This document shows positions 44,815-55,128 of a DNA stretch of 64,000 bases, in pieces; the first letter of the stretch is position 1; each line of letters starts with the position of its first letter. The translations under genes were made by a program, and so were the position numbers. The stretch covers positions 960,001 through 1,024,000 of the forward strand of contig OZ219754.1 in assembly GCA_964291295.2 (NCBI GenBank), written 5' to 3'. The notes under the pieces were generated by a model. It ran no database searches and had not been told where the DNA came from. It saw only the letters and a list, made by a program, of their open reading frames with translations. The stretch comes from an uncultured Candidatus Binatia bacterium (lineage in GTDB: Bacteria; Desulfobacterota; Binatia; UBA9968; JAJDTQ01).

Positions 44815-45321
44815 ATGACAAAACGCAGAGTGTTTTACAGCTTCCATTACGATCAGGACTCTTGGCGGGCCGCTACGGTGCGACAAATCGGGGCCATAGA
44901 GGGAAATGAGCCTGCTACCGACAATGCTTGGGAAGAGGTAAAGGGGGGAGGCGATTGGGCGATCAAGAAATGGATCACCGGACAGATGGAGGGCCGGACA
45001 TGCTGCATCGTCCTGGTGGGATCGGATACCGCCAATCGCAAATGGATCAATTACGAGATCGCCGAGGCGTGGAACAAGGGCATGGGTGTGGTTGGAATAT
45101 GCATCCATGGGTTGAAAGACAAGGATCAGTACATATCATCCAAGGGCAAAAATCCGTTCGATTTTGTTTGCCTGGAAAACCAGGGCAGAAAGTTGTCCTC
45201 CTTCGTGAAATGTTACGATCCACCGGGCAGGGACAGTCGTGAGCGCTATGGCTGGATCGCCAATCACCTCGCAAACGCGGTCGAGGAGGCTATCCGGATT
45301 CGTAGTGCGCGACAAATCTGA
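44815..45321 (+). CDS. ThsB-like TIR domain protein (DUF1863/MTH538)
   Basis: RRVFYSFHY, DNAWEEVK, IVLVGSDTANRKWINYEI (catalytic Glu), GKNPF; GGGGAG RBS. Confidence 0.9.
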   Translation: MTKRRVFYSFHYDQDSWRAATVRQIGAIEGNEPATDNAWEEVKGGGDWAIKKWITGQMEGRTCCIVLVGSDTANRKWINYEIAEAWNKGMGVVGICIHGLKDKDQYISSKGKNPFDFVCLENQGRKLSSFVKCYDPPGRDSRERYGWIANHLANAVEEAIRIRSARQI

Positions 45322-45348
45322 AGTGCGGTTTATCGGTGAAGTGGATTG

Positions 45349-48300
45349 ATGATTCCTCGCAACTGCAAGCGTCTGGCGGAAGTGGACTTTCCGATCGCGG
45401 CGGTATCGCGCCACGCGGTGCGTGAGAAGTCGATCCACCACGGCCATCCCTCGACACTGCATTTGTGGTGTGCGCGGCGGCCGCTCGCCTCCTCGCGGGC
45501 CATGCTGCTGGCGCTCTTGTTGCCCGATCCCTGCGACCGCAACTGTCCGGCGGAATTCAAGGAAGCGGCGCGCAAGGTGCTGCCAACGGTCGGCGGCGGA
45601 CCATGCGAAACTGACGAGGATATCCGCCGCAGTCTGCTGAAGTTCATCGCCGACTTCGCCAACTGGGACAACAGCGCGAAACGGGTCTGGCTGGATGCGA
45701 GCCGTGCACTGGTCAGGGCCATTTATGGGGGGGGGGGGGTACGTACCGTTGGTGGTGGACCCGTTCGCCGGCGGCGGGTCGATCCCGCTGGAGGCGTTGC
45801 GGCTCGGTTGCGATGCATTCGCGAGCGACCTCAATCCGGTTGCCTGTCTCATCCTCAAGGTGATGCTTGAGGAAATTCCGCGTCACGGTCCCGAATTGGC
45901 CGACGAACTGCGCGAGGCCGGCGCCGAAATCAAGCGCCACGCCGAGCGAGAACTGACCGACCTCTATCCCGCCGATCCCGACGGCGCCACGCCGATCGCC
46001 TTTCTGTGGGCGCGCACGGTGCGTTGCGAGGCACCCGATTGCGGCGCCGAAATCCCGCTCATGCGCTCGTTCTGGTTATGTAATAAACCGAAGCGAAAAC
46101 GGGCGTTGCGGCATACCGTTGACAGGACCGAAGGCGCCTTGCCGCGGGTGAGGTTCGAGGTGTTCGAGCCCAAGTCCGAGAGCGAGGTGCGGGGCGGGAC
46201 GGTGACCCGCGCCAAGGCGACATGCCTGTGTTGCGACACCGTGCTGCCGCCGGAACGGGTGCGGGTGCAACTCGCGGCCCAACGAGGCGGTGCGGATGTG
46301 GTCTTCGACGCGGCAGGCAAACGCACGGGCGGTGCCCGCATGACCGCGGTGGTGACCCTCAGGTCCGGTCAGTCCGGGCGGCACTACCGGCTGCCGACCG
46401 ATGCGGACTACGCGGCGGTACGCAAGGCGCAGGTGTGGGCCGCCGGGATACTGGAAGAGTGGGAGCGCGGTGGGAAGCAGGGGCTGTGTCCGATTCCGGA
46501 CGAGCCATTGCCGCCCATAGGCACACTGGGTTTCCGCGTCCAGCGCTACGGGATGCTCCAGTGGGGCGACCTGTTCACCGCGCGCCAGAAGGTGGCGATT
46601 GAAATTTTGACCTCGCCAATTCGCGACAATTCGTTTTCAGGGGATCGTTCGACTCTGGACATATTGGGATTGTCATTTGGAAAGCTTCTTCGACATTGCA
46701 ATGTGCTTAGCAAATGGCACAGAGGCAGTGAGACCGTAGCCGGCTCGTTTGGGATGCAGACTCTCCCGATGTCGTGGGACTTCCCTGAAATGTACCCGAT
46801 AGTTGTTTATGCAGGTGGAATAGAAAACTGTGTCGAAGACGTCGCTTATAGTACTCGAGAAATTGTATTAGGGACGTCCGCTTTGAGGCTAGGGCTAGGA
46901 CAGACTGAGATTGTAAATTCCGTCGAGCATCCACTGCCTGACGAAACAGCCAACGTCTGGTTCACCGATCCACCCTACTACGACGCCATTCCGTATTCGG
47001 ACCTGTCCGATTTCTTTTTGGTCTGGCTCAAACGCACACTGCCTGGTAGTCCATCGCTGCGCGACCCGTTCGATCCGGATAATCCGCTTTCCCCTAAAAC
47101 AGCCGAGGCCGTCCAGGACGAAACCAAGCGAGCCAACGGCTGTCCCAAGGATCGAGAGTGGTTCGAGGAGACCATGGCGAAAGCCTTTGCCGAGGGTCGT
47201 CGCGTTCTCGCTGATGATGGGGTCGGTTCGGTGGTCTTCGCCCACAAGACCACCGAGGGTTGGGAAGCTCTGCTCTCCGGCATGATTCGGGGCGGCTGGA
47301 CCATCACGGCCTCCTGGCCGATTGCCACGGAGATGACCTCTCGCCTCCGTGCCCGGGATTCCGCCGCCCTTGCCACCAGCGTTCACCTCGTGTGCCGCCC
47401 GCGTCCGGACGATGCTCCGGTCGGTGAGTGGGCCGAGGTGCTACGGGAACTGCCCTTGCGTGTCGCGGACTGGATGGAGCGCCTGCAGGGCGAGGGTGTG
47501 CGTGGTGCCGATCTTGTCTTTGCCTGTATCGGCCCGGCTCTCGAAATCTTCAGCCGTTACGGTACTGTCGAGACCGCCGAAGGCCGAGTGGTCGGACTGC
47601 CGGATTACCTGGAAAAGGTCTGGGAGGTGGTGGGCCGCGCTGCGCTCGAACAGGTGTTGGGCACGGCGGAGAGCACCGCGCGAAACGGCATGGCCGGAGC
47701 GCTGGAGGAGGACGCCCGCCTGACCGCGCTCTTTCTGTGGGCGCTTCAGAGCACGGAGGATCATGACCGTGCCGGTACGACATACGCTATACTTGATGAA
47801 TGGTCGATGGATGGCGGAAACTCGGTGGTAAGGGATGCACCTGCGCAACCCGAACCGACCGACGAAGAGGACGAGGCCGCAGCCGGGGCGACCGCCAAGG
47901 GATTCTTACTTCCCTACGATGTGGTGCGGCGGTTCTCCCAGCCCATGGGTATCGACCTCAAACGGTGGACAGGCCGGGTGATTGCCCAGAAAAAGGGCGT
48001 GGTGCGCCTGCTGCCGGTTGCGGAGCGGGCCGCGGCGTTGTTTGGCGCGGACGGTGCCGAAAGCGCAGCGGATTGGATCGAAACCGGCGCCAACACCGGT
48101 GGGCAGATGACACTGCCGGAAATGCAGCCCGAGCCGCATACCTCGCCGGGGCGGCGTCCCGGCGGCATCCGACTCGACATGGATGCCGTCCCGCAGTCGC
48201 CGGACAGCACGGCGCTCGACCGTGTGCACACCGCGATGCTGCTGCAGGCCGGTGGCCATGCGAATGCCCTGCGGACACTGATCGTTGCCGAGCAGAAAGA

Positions 48301-48406
48301 GGGGCCGGACTTCCTGCGCCTCTCGAATGCGCTGTCCGCGCTCTATCCGCGCGGCAGCCGCGAGAAGCGGCTATTGGACGCCATGCTCTTGGCCGTGCCG
48401 AGGTAG
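45349..48406 (+). CDS. DUF1156 adenine DNA methyltransferase, frameshifted at a G13 tract
   Basis: N-part RLAEVDFPI..STLHLWCARRPLA; C-part DPFAGGGSIPLE, SDLNPVA, CxxxxC/CxxC, FTDPPYYD; the two parts join in frame with G12. Confidence 0.88.
45727..45739 (+). repeat. G13 homopolymer tract
   Basis: ATTTAT-G13-TACGTA; no comparable run seen elsewhere in the window. Confidence 0.9.
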
Positions 48407-48532
48407 CGCCATGATGTTTGGACCCAACACGTGGCAGTCCGGCGATAACCTGCGCCCCTCAGACCGGCGGGGCTGATCGGTTGGCGCCTCTCAACCAGCC
48501 GAAGCGACGAAACTGAACCAAAGGAGACTGAC

Positions 48533-48799
48533 ATGACCGGCATCACCGAAGAGACCGAACTGCTGGCCCGCATCACCGTGCGCCCCGATGTTTTCGGCGG
48601 CAAGCCGATCATCCGTGACATGCGGTTTGCCGTGGAGCATGTTCTGGGAAAGCTGGCGGCGGGAGACAGCGTGGAGACCCTGCTCAGCGAGTATCCGTTT
48701 CTCGAACCCGAGGACATCCGCGCCTGCCTGCTGTTTGCGTACCTCTCGGTAGTCGGTGAACGTGTGCATGAGCGCATCGCCATTCGAGAGGCTTCGTGA
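48533..48799 (+). CDS. DUF433 antitoxin
   Basis: RITVRPDVFGGKPIIRDMRFAV...EYPFLEPEDIRACL; AAGGAG RBS. Confidence 0.9.
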   Translation: MTGITEETELLARITVRPDVFGGKPIIRDMRFAVEHVLGKLAAGDSVETLLSEYPFLEPEDIRACLLFAYLSVVGERVHERIAIREAS

Positions 48800-49170
48800 A
48801 GTTTTTCCTTGATGTCTGCGTGGCATCGCGCATCTTGCACCGGACACTGGTCGATCTCGGGCACGACGTGCTTTCTGCCCGCGATGTGGATGCGAACGCC
48901 TCGGACGAGGCACTGCTCGCCATCGCCTGCCGCGAGGGCCGGGTACTTGTCACCGAGGACAAGGACTTTGGCGAGCTTGTCTTTCTGCGTGGCCTGCCGC
49001 ATCCGTGCATCGTTCGGTTCGATGGATTGACGGCTGTGGCGGAAGCGGACGCCCTGCGGAAACTCATCGAGCACCATGCGGACGCCATGCGTGAAGGTGC
49101 GATCCTTGTGGTGACCGGGGAGCGCGTGCGGACACGGTCGGCGAGAGATGTCGAGCACGGCAATGACTAG
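48796..49170 (+). CDS. DUF5615 PIN-like toxin
   Basis: MKFFLD, GHDV, SDEALL, RVLVTEDKDFGEL. Confidence 0.9.
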   Translation: MKFFLDVCVASRILHRTLVDLGHDVLSARDVDANASDEALLAIACREGRVLVTEDKDFGELVFLRGLPHPCIVRFDGLTAVAEADALRKLIEHHADAMREGAILVVTGERVRTRSARDVEHGND

Positions 49171-52078
49171 GGACCCTTGGTACAAGATCGTCACGCCCAG
49201 GCAGGAGGTGCGTGAAGGGCGCTCCTTCAGCCCGGACGAGTTCGCCATCGCCTTGGAACAGGTGGTTGCCGGCACCGCGCCGCCGGACTACCGCGACCCG
49301 GCGCAGTTCTTCTCGCGCACCTGCTTCACCCGCGCCCTGAAGGATCAGGCGGGCATGGTCCTTCGCCGCCTCGCCGGCGAGACACAGAATACGTCTCCGG
49401 TGTTGACGCTGGTTACCCAGTTCGGTGGAGGCAAGACACACACGTTGACCGCGCTCCATCATCTCGCCAACACCGGGCCACAGGCCCGGAGCCTGCCCGG
49501 CGTATCGGCTCTGCTCAACGAGGCGGGCATCTCCGGAGCACCCGACGCCCGGGTCGGCGTCTTCGTGGGCAACGCCTGGGACCCGTCGGAAGGACGGGAG
49601 ACGCCCTGGATCGATCTCGCGCGCCAGATCGCGGGCGACAAAGGGGTCGCCGCGCTCGGAACCGCGGCGAAGACCACGCCGCCGGGGACCGAAGCAATCT
49701 CCAGGGTGTTTGCCGCGGCGGAAGACCCCGTGTTGCTGCTGTTCGACGAGGTTCTGAACTTCATCAACCGGCACCGCGACCGGGCGGAGAGCTTTCATGC
49801 CTTCATTCAGAATCTGACGGTTGCGGTAACGGGCGTTGCCGGGGCGGCGGCCGTCATCAGCCTGCCGCGCAGCCAGGTGGAGATGACCGACTGGGACCGT
49901 CAATGGCAGGATCGGATCACCAAGGTCGTGCGTCGCGTTGCGCGCGACCTCATCGCCAACGACGAAGCCGAGATCGGCGATGTGGTTCGTCGTCGATTGT
50001 TCGAGGATCTGGGCGACGAGAGAATCCGCAGGCGAGTCTCGAAGGCGTACGCGGACTGGTGTTTCGAGCGGACCGCCCGGCTCCCGTCCGAATGGATGGT
50101 GGTGGACAGTACCACCACCGAGGCCAGGGCGCGCGAGGTTCTGAGAAGCCGGTTCGAGTCATGCTATCCCTTCCATCCGTCGACGCTCTCCGTCTTCCGG
50201 CGGAAGTGGAGCGCACTTGCCCAGTTTCAGCAAACCCGCGGCACGCTTGCGATGCTGGCACAATGGGTGTCGTGGGCGGCGCGCCAGCAATTCCAGCAAG
50301 CGCGGACGGAACCGCTGATCACGCTCGGGTCGGCGCCGCTGCATGTCCCCGAGTTCCGCGCCGTCGTACTCGGACAATTGGGGGAACAGCGGCTCGATGT
50401 CGCCATCAACACCGATATCGCGGGTCCCACGGGTCATGCCGGAGCGCTGGACGCCGATACCAAGGGACCGCTTCGCGGCATTCACCGCCGGGTCGGCGCT
50501 GCCATCCTGTTCGAGTCCTCCGGCGGGCAAGTGGACAAGGTGGCCCATCTTCCCGAACTGCGCTTTGCCCTGGGCGAACCCGAGGTCGAGACCACGACTG
50601 TCGACACCGCCGCGGCGGCATTGGAGTCGTCGGGATTTTTCATCCGCAAGGTCGGTACGGACGGGTTCCGTATCCACTACCAGGCGACTCTGAAAAAGGT
50701 CGTCAGCGACCGCCGCGCGGCGCTCAACGACGAGACGGAGACCCGTCCCGCCATTCGCAAGCTGGTCAAGGAGGCGTTTTCGCACCGAGCCAACCTCCCG
50801 GTCATCGCATTCCCCGAAGACGGCACCGCCATTCAGGACACGCCTCGGCTGATGCTGGTCGTTCTGGACCCGGAAGCGGAATGGATACCCGACGGCGATA
50901 CCGCGACGAACGTCGTTGCCAGGAACATCGCCCGATGGACCCGGCAGCGGGGAGCGTCGCCGAGACTCTATCCGGCGTCGCTGGTCTGGTGTGCGAAGAA
51001 GCCGGGACGAGAACTGCGGGATCGTGTCGAGCGATGGCTTGCCTGGCAACGTGTGTCGAGGGATGTGGCCGACGGTCTGCTCGGAACCGAGTTCGACCGC
51101 GACGATCGGAATGAGATTCGGACCCGGATCGCCGATGCGGAAAACGCGGTGAGGGACGAAGTATGGGGCAGTTACCGGTTCGTCGCCCTTGCCGACGCCT
51201 TGGGAAGGTCTGAACAACCCGAGGTCGCTGGGGATGGCTCAATAAAATCAACAGGTGGCGAGCAGGTCCCTGTCGCGCCAGCACCTCGTTCAGACCTTCC
51301 CAAGGCGCAGTCCGGTCTCAGGATCATCGACCTTGGCGCCGGCCACAGCAGCGCCAGCGAGACCATGTGCGGCCGGGTTGTGACTGCCCTCAGGACCGAA
51401 GGCCTGCTCAGCGAGACCGTCGCTGCCGGATATCTCGACCGGCACTGGCCGCCCGCGTTCAAGGACTCCGGAGCCTGGCCGCTCACCAGTCTGCGCCAGA
51501 GTTTTCTCAACGGTTCGTTGACCCGGCTCATGGATCCCGATGCCGTGCTGCGCCGCAAGCTGGTGGAGTTTGTCGAGAGCGGCGCATTCGGCCTTGCTTC
51601 GTGCTCCGGGACGCACGGCCAGTACGAGCGCCTGTGGTATGCCGAGCCGGTCCCGGTCGAGGAGGTGGCGTTCGAACCGAGCGTGTTCCTGCTGACCAAG
51701 GCTCGGAGCGAGGCACTGCGGCCGCCGGCAGGGCAGAATCCGAAGCTGAAACCCGAGGGCGGTCCAGTACCGACGCCGACGCCCATACCCAATCCCGCAC
51801 CCACCCCTGATCCCGGAGGTCGGACCAATTCCGACTCCGACGATCCGGCGTCCGCTGCCCGGGTTCGACTCCGGGTGTCCGGAACAGTGCCGCCGGAGTT
51901 ATGGAACCGTCTCGGCACGAAAGTTGTTCCAAGGCTCCGGTCCGGCCAGGCGCTTACCGTGGGGGTCCAATTCGAAGTCGAGACTTCCGCAAATGCCGCC
52001 GCTTCCATGGAAGCGGACCTCCGACGCACACTGGACGAATTGGGTCTTGGAGATCGAATCCTTGTCGAACGACCGTAG
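49163..52078 (+). CDS. DUF499 AAA+ ATPase
   Basis: PWYKIVTPR, FAIAL, QFGGGKTH, LLLFDE, VVRRRLFE, YPFHP, FQQTRG. Confidence 0.9.
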   Translation: MTRDPWYKIVTPRQEVREGRSFSPDEFAIALEQVVAGTAPPDYRDPAQFFSRTCFTRALKDQAGMVLRRLAGETQNTSPVLTLVTQFGGGKTHTLTALHHLANTGPQARSLPGVSALLNEAGISGAPDARVGVFVGNAWDPSEGRETPWIDLARQIAGDKGVAALGTAAKTTPPGTEAISRVFAAAEDPVLLLFDEVLNFINRHRDRAESFHAFIQNLTVAVTGVAGAAAVISLPRSQVEMTDWDRQWQDRITKVVRRVARDLIANDEAEIGDVVRRRLFEDLGDERIRRRVSKAYADWCFERTARLPSEWMVVDSTTTEARAREVLRSRFESCYPFHPSTLSVFRRKWSALAQFQQTRGTLAMLAQWVSWAARQQFQQARTEPLITLGSAPLHVPEFRAVVLGQLGEQRLDVAINTDIAGPTGHAGALDADTKGPLRGIHRRVGAAILFESSGGQVDKVAHLPELRFALGEPEVETTTVDTAAAALESSGFFIRKVGTDGFRIHYQATLKKVVSDRRAALNDETETRPAIRKLVKEAFSHRANLPVIAFPEDGTAIQDTPRLMLVVLDPEAEWIPDGDTATNVVARNIARWTRQRGASPRLYPASLVWCAKKPGRELRDRVERWLAWQRVSRDVADGLLGTEFDRDDRNEIRTRIADAENAVRDEVWGSYRFVALADALGRSEQPEVAGDGSIKSTGGEQVPVAPAPRSDLPKAQSGLRIIDLGAGHSSASETMCGRVVTALRTEGLLSETVAAGYLDRHWPPAFKDSGAWPLTSLRQSFLNGSLTRLMDPDAVLRRKLVEFVESGAFGLASCSGTHGQYERLWYAEPVPVEEVAFEPSVFLLTKARSEALRPPAGQNPKLKPEGGPVPTPTPIPNPAPTPDPGGRTNSDSDDPASAARVRLRVSGTVPPELWNRLGTKVVPRLRSGQALTVGVQFEVETSANAAASMEADLRRTLDELGLGDRILVERP

Positions 52079-52168
52079 ATACCGGCGGGCGGGGGGTCGT
52101 GCCCCGGCCATGTGGCGGGATGTCGGTTGCCGGCGTCTGGCAACCGGTTGCCGCAGTGGTGATGCTCC

Positions 52169-53566
52169 ATGACACCTGAGCAGATTGCCGCAATCGTGGC
52201 CGCCGGGGAATCGGACACGCTCGAATGCAAGGCCTCCACGGGAACGCGGCGCGAGGCTGCGGAAACCGTGTGCGCCATGCTCAACCAACACGGCGGCCTT
52301 GTGTTCTTCGGCATTGCTCCCGGCGGCCGCGTCGTTGGTCAGCAGGTTTCCGAGCGGACGATGGAGGAGGTGATCGCCGAGTTCGGTAGGATCGACCCGC
52401 CCGCGTTTCCCGAGATCGAGAGGGTTCGTCTGGACGGGCAGTCGGAAGTGATCGCGGTTCGCGTGAGTCCCGGGTCGTCGGCGCCGTACCGGTACCGCGG
52501 CACCGCCTATCGGCGCGCCGGCAACACGACGCAGACCATGTCCGCCGAGGAGTACAACCGCATCCTCTTCGAGCGGGTGCACAACGAGCGGCGCTGGGAG
52601 AACCAGCCTGCCGGCGGATGGTCTGTCGGCGACCTTGATGTGGCGGAGATTCGAAACACCGTTGCCGAGGCGGTGCGCGTCGGCCGCCTGAACGAGCTCG
52701 GCACCCGCGAACCGGAAGACTTGCTGCGCGGATTGGGAGTGCTTCGCGACGGTGTCCTGTTCCGGGCGGCGGCGGTGCTGTTCGGTGGTACGGAGCGTCT
52801 CGAGTACGACATGCCGCAGTGCCTGCTGCGCGTCGCGCGCTTTCGGGGTTTCGATCGTTCGGAGTTTCTCGACAACCGCCAGTTCAACGGCAACGCCTTC
52901 ACGCTGCTTGCCGCCGCCGAGCGATTCCTGCGTGAGACCCTGCCCATCGCCAGTCGTTTCGAGTCGGGTCGGATGACGCGGATCGATGAGCCGCTCTATC
53001 CGCCCCTGGCCATACGGGAAGCACTGGCCAACGCCCTCTGTCACCGCGACTATGCGGTGGGCGGCGGCTCCATCGGCGTCGCGGTCTACGACGACCGGTT
53101 GGAAGTGACCTCGACCGGTCCGCTGCACTTCGGGCTTGTGTCCGGCGACCTGTTTGCACCGCATGAGTCGCGGCCCTGGAATCCGCTGATTGCCAGGACG
53201 TTCTACCGGCGCGGCATCATTGAGGAGTGGGGCCGCGGAACGATCCAGATGGCGGAATTGGCGGCCAGTGCCGGTTTGCCTCGCCCCGAGATCGAGGCGA
53301 AGGGTGACTGCGTGACGGTGCGCTTCCGGCAGAGTCGCGAGGTGTCCTTTCGGCAGGATGAAGCCGGGCTGACGGATCAGCAGGTTGCGATTCTGCGGCT
53401 GTTGCGAGGTGCCGACCGCGCACTTGCCCTCCGGGAGATTCGGTCCCTGGCGGGACGTCAAACGGATGACGAGCGGCGACTTCGCGGGGACCTCGCCATT
53501 CTCAAGTCGAAGGGATTGGCTGATTCGACCGGGCGTGGCCGAGGCGCACGCTGGAAAGCCCGGTAG
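52169..53566 (+). CDS. AlbA_2 (Schlafen-like) + HATPase_c_4 + C-terminal wHTH
   Basis: GESDTLECK, AMLNQHGG, REALANALCHRDY, NPLIA, EEWGRG, GRGRGARW. Confidence 0.88.
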   Translation: MTPEQIAAIVAAGESDTLECKASTGTRREAAETVCAMLNQHGGLVFFGIAPGGRVVGQQVSERTMEEVIAEFGRIDPPAFPEIERVRLDGQSEVIAVRVSPGSSAPYRYRGTAYRRAGNTTQTMSAEEYNRILFERVHNERRWENQPAGGWSVGDLDVAEIRNTVAEAVRVGRLNELGTREPEDLLRGLGVLRDGVLFRAAAVLFGGTERLEYDMPQCLLRVARFRGFDRSEFLDNRQFNGNAFTLLAAAERFLRETLPIASRFESGRMTRIDEPLYPPLAIREALANALCHRDYAVGGGSIGVAVYDDRLEVTSTGPLHFGLVSGDLFAPHESRPWNPLIARTFYRRGIIEEWGRGTIQMAELAASAGLPRPEIEAKGDCVTVRFRQSREVSFRQDEAGLTDQQVAILRLLRGADRALALREIRSLAGRQTDDERRLRGDLAILKSKGLADSTGRGRGARWKAR

Positions 53567-53580
53567 GCCGGTCTGTGGGC

Positions 53581-53805
53581 TTATTCTGGCTTATTCCGGC
53601 TCATTCTGGCTTATTCCGGCTCATTCCGGCTCATTCCGGCTTATTCCGGCTCATTCCGGCTTATTCCGGCTCATTCCGGCTCATTCCGGCTCATTCCGGC
53701 TCATTCCGGCTCATTCCGGCTCATTCCGGCTTATTCCGGCTTATTCCGGCTTATTCTGGCTCATTCTGGCTCATTCCGGCTTATTCCGGCTTATTCCGGC
53801 TCATT
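53581..53805 (+). repeat. 10-bp tandem array (about 22 copies)
   Basis: T(T/C)ATTC(C/T)GGC repeated head to tail, followed by degenerate units to ~53860. Confidence 0.95.
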
Positions 53806-53937
53806 TGGAGCATTCTGGAAAATTCCCGCTCCTTCCGGTCCATTCGGAACATTCCGGCAACAGGCAACCCATGCTGTGCCGACACGCTTCCGCCAGTCTC
53901 GGCGACTTCATCGACTTCATGAATGGCGCGGTTTTTC

Positions 53938-54022
53938 GCAGCCGCCGCTTGTCCTGCCGCTCATCCGTTTGCCGTCCCGCCAGAGATCGAATCCTTCCAG
54001 AGGGCGCCCGTGCGTTCGGCGA
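53938..54022 (-). pseudogene. Inverted degenerate copy of the 3' part of the AlbA_2 gene
   Basis: Reverse strand GATTCGATCTCTGGCGGGACGGCAAACGGATGA matches GATTCGGTCCCTGGCGGGACGTCAAACGGATGA at 53437; both read IRSLAGRQTD...RRLR. Confidence 0.75.
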
Positions 54023-54142
54023 CTCTCGTTCTTGACATTTCCACCGGGCGCAAGTAGCGTCAGCTACATTCATGGTCCGGATTGATGGTCCGGATACGCG
54101 CGCCCGCACGGCGCGGCGGAAGAGGAGCGAAAGGAGATCACG

Positions 54143-55114
54143 ATGGGTCAGATCAGGTTGAGTCGATTGCAGCGGTTTCTCACAGTCTCGGTGATTGCGG
54201 TTCTTGTCGCGGCGCTGGCTCCCGCGGCCTTGGCGGAAAGCTACAAGTTCGGCGTCTCGAAGCCCGGCGGCTCCTGGTATCCCATCGGAACGGTGGCCCA
54301 GCGGCTGGCCGAAAAGAACAACGGCGACAGCGTGACGCTGGACATCGGCGGCGGTACGTCCAATCTGCTGAACGTCATGGCCGGGAAGACCAGCTTCGGC
54401 CTGACCAGCGCGACGACCATTCAGGATGCGCTCAAGGGCGCCAAGATGTTCAAGGGCAAGGAGGCGCAGGCCAGGAAGGTGCGCGTGGCCGCGGTGCTGT
54501 ATCCCAACTATCTTTTCTGGGTGGTGTGGGCCGATTCCGGCATCACCTCCTGGCGGCAACTCAAGGGCAAGAGCGTCAACGTCCTGCCCAAGGCGTTTTC
54601 CTTCCAGGCGCTGAACCAGCAGATGCTGGGCGCCCTGGGCATCCAGTACGGTGATTTTTCCAAGGTCAACTATCTCAACTTCAACGATGCCGTGGCCCAG
54701 ATGAAGGACAAGCACATTGATGCCTACCTCGGACCCGGCGAGGAGAACTACTCGCCCATCGTGCAGTTGGCGGCCCATGCACCGATCCGCATCCTGTCGT
54801 TCTCCGGGGAGGATGTCGCGAAGATGAACGGGGCCAATGCCGCGGTCGTCCCCTTCACCCTGGACAAGATGCACTACGATCAGGGGTCCGACGTGAACAC
54901 CGTGCAGACCTTCGTGCTCATCGTCACCAACGAGGACGTTCCGGCCGATCGGGTCTACAAGTTCACGAAGAACGTCTACGCGCACCTGGGCGAGTTCGCC
55001 GGCGCCGTGAAGGCCATGGGGCGGGTCAAGGCGGAGAACGCCACCGTCAATGTGGGCGCGCCGCGGCACGCGGGCACGGACCGCTACCTCAAGGAAGCCG
55101 GACTCATGAAGTAA
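54143..55114 (+). CDS. TAXI family TRAP transporter solute-binding subunit
   Basis: Signal peptide, PGGSWYPIG, GGGTSNL, LYPNY, LKGKSV, PRHAGTDRY; AAGGAG RBS. Confidence 0.9.
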   Translation: MGQIRLSRLQRFLTVSVIAVLVAALAPAALAESYKFGVSKPGGSWYPIGTVAQRLAEKNNGDSVTLDIGGGTSNLLNVMAGKTSFGLTSATTIQDALKGAKMFKGKEAQARKVRVAAVLYPNYLFWVVWADSGITSWRQLKGKSVNVLPKAFSFQALNQQMLGALGIQYGDFSKVNYLNFNDAVAQMKDKHIDAYLGPGEENYSPIVQLAAHAPIRILSFSGEDVAKMNGANAAVVPFTLDKMHYDQGSDVNTVQTFVLIVTNEDVPADRVYKFTKNVYAHLGEFAGAVKAMGRVKAENATVNVGAPRHAGTDRYLKEAGLMK

Positions 55115-55128
55115 GCCGGACGCTCCGG

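Noticed and set aside
53581-53805. Possible CRISPR array or repeat protein (LIPAHSGLFR)n
   Set aside because: No unique spacers, 10-bp unit, no cas genes; the ORFs arise simply because the unit lacks stop codons
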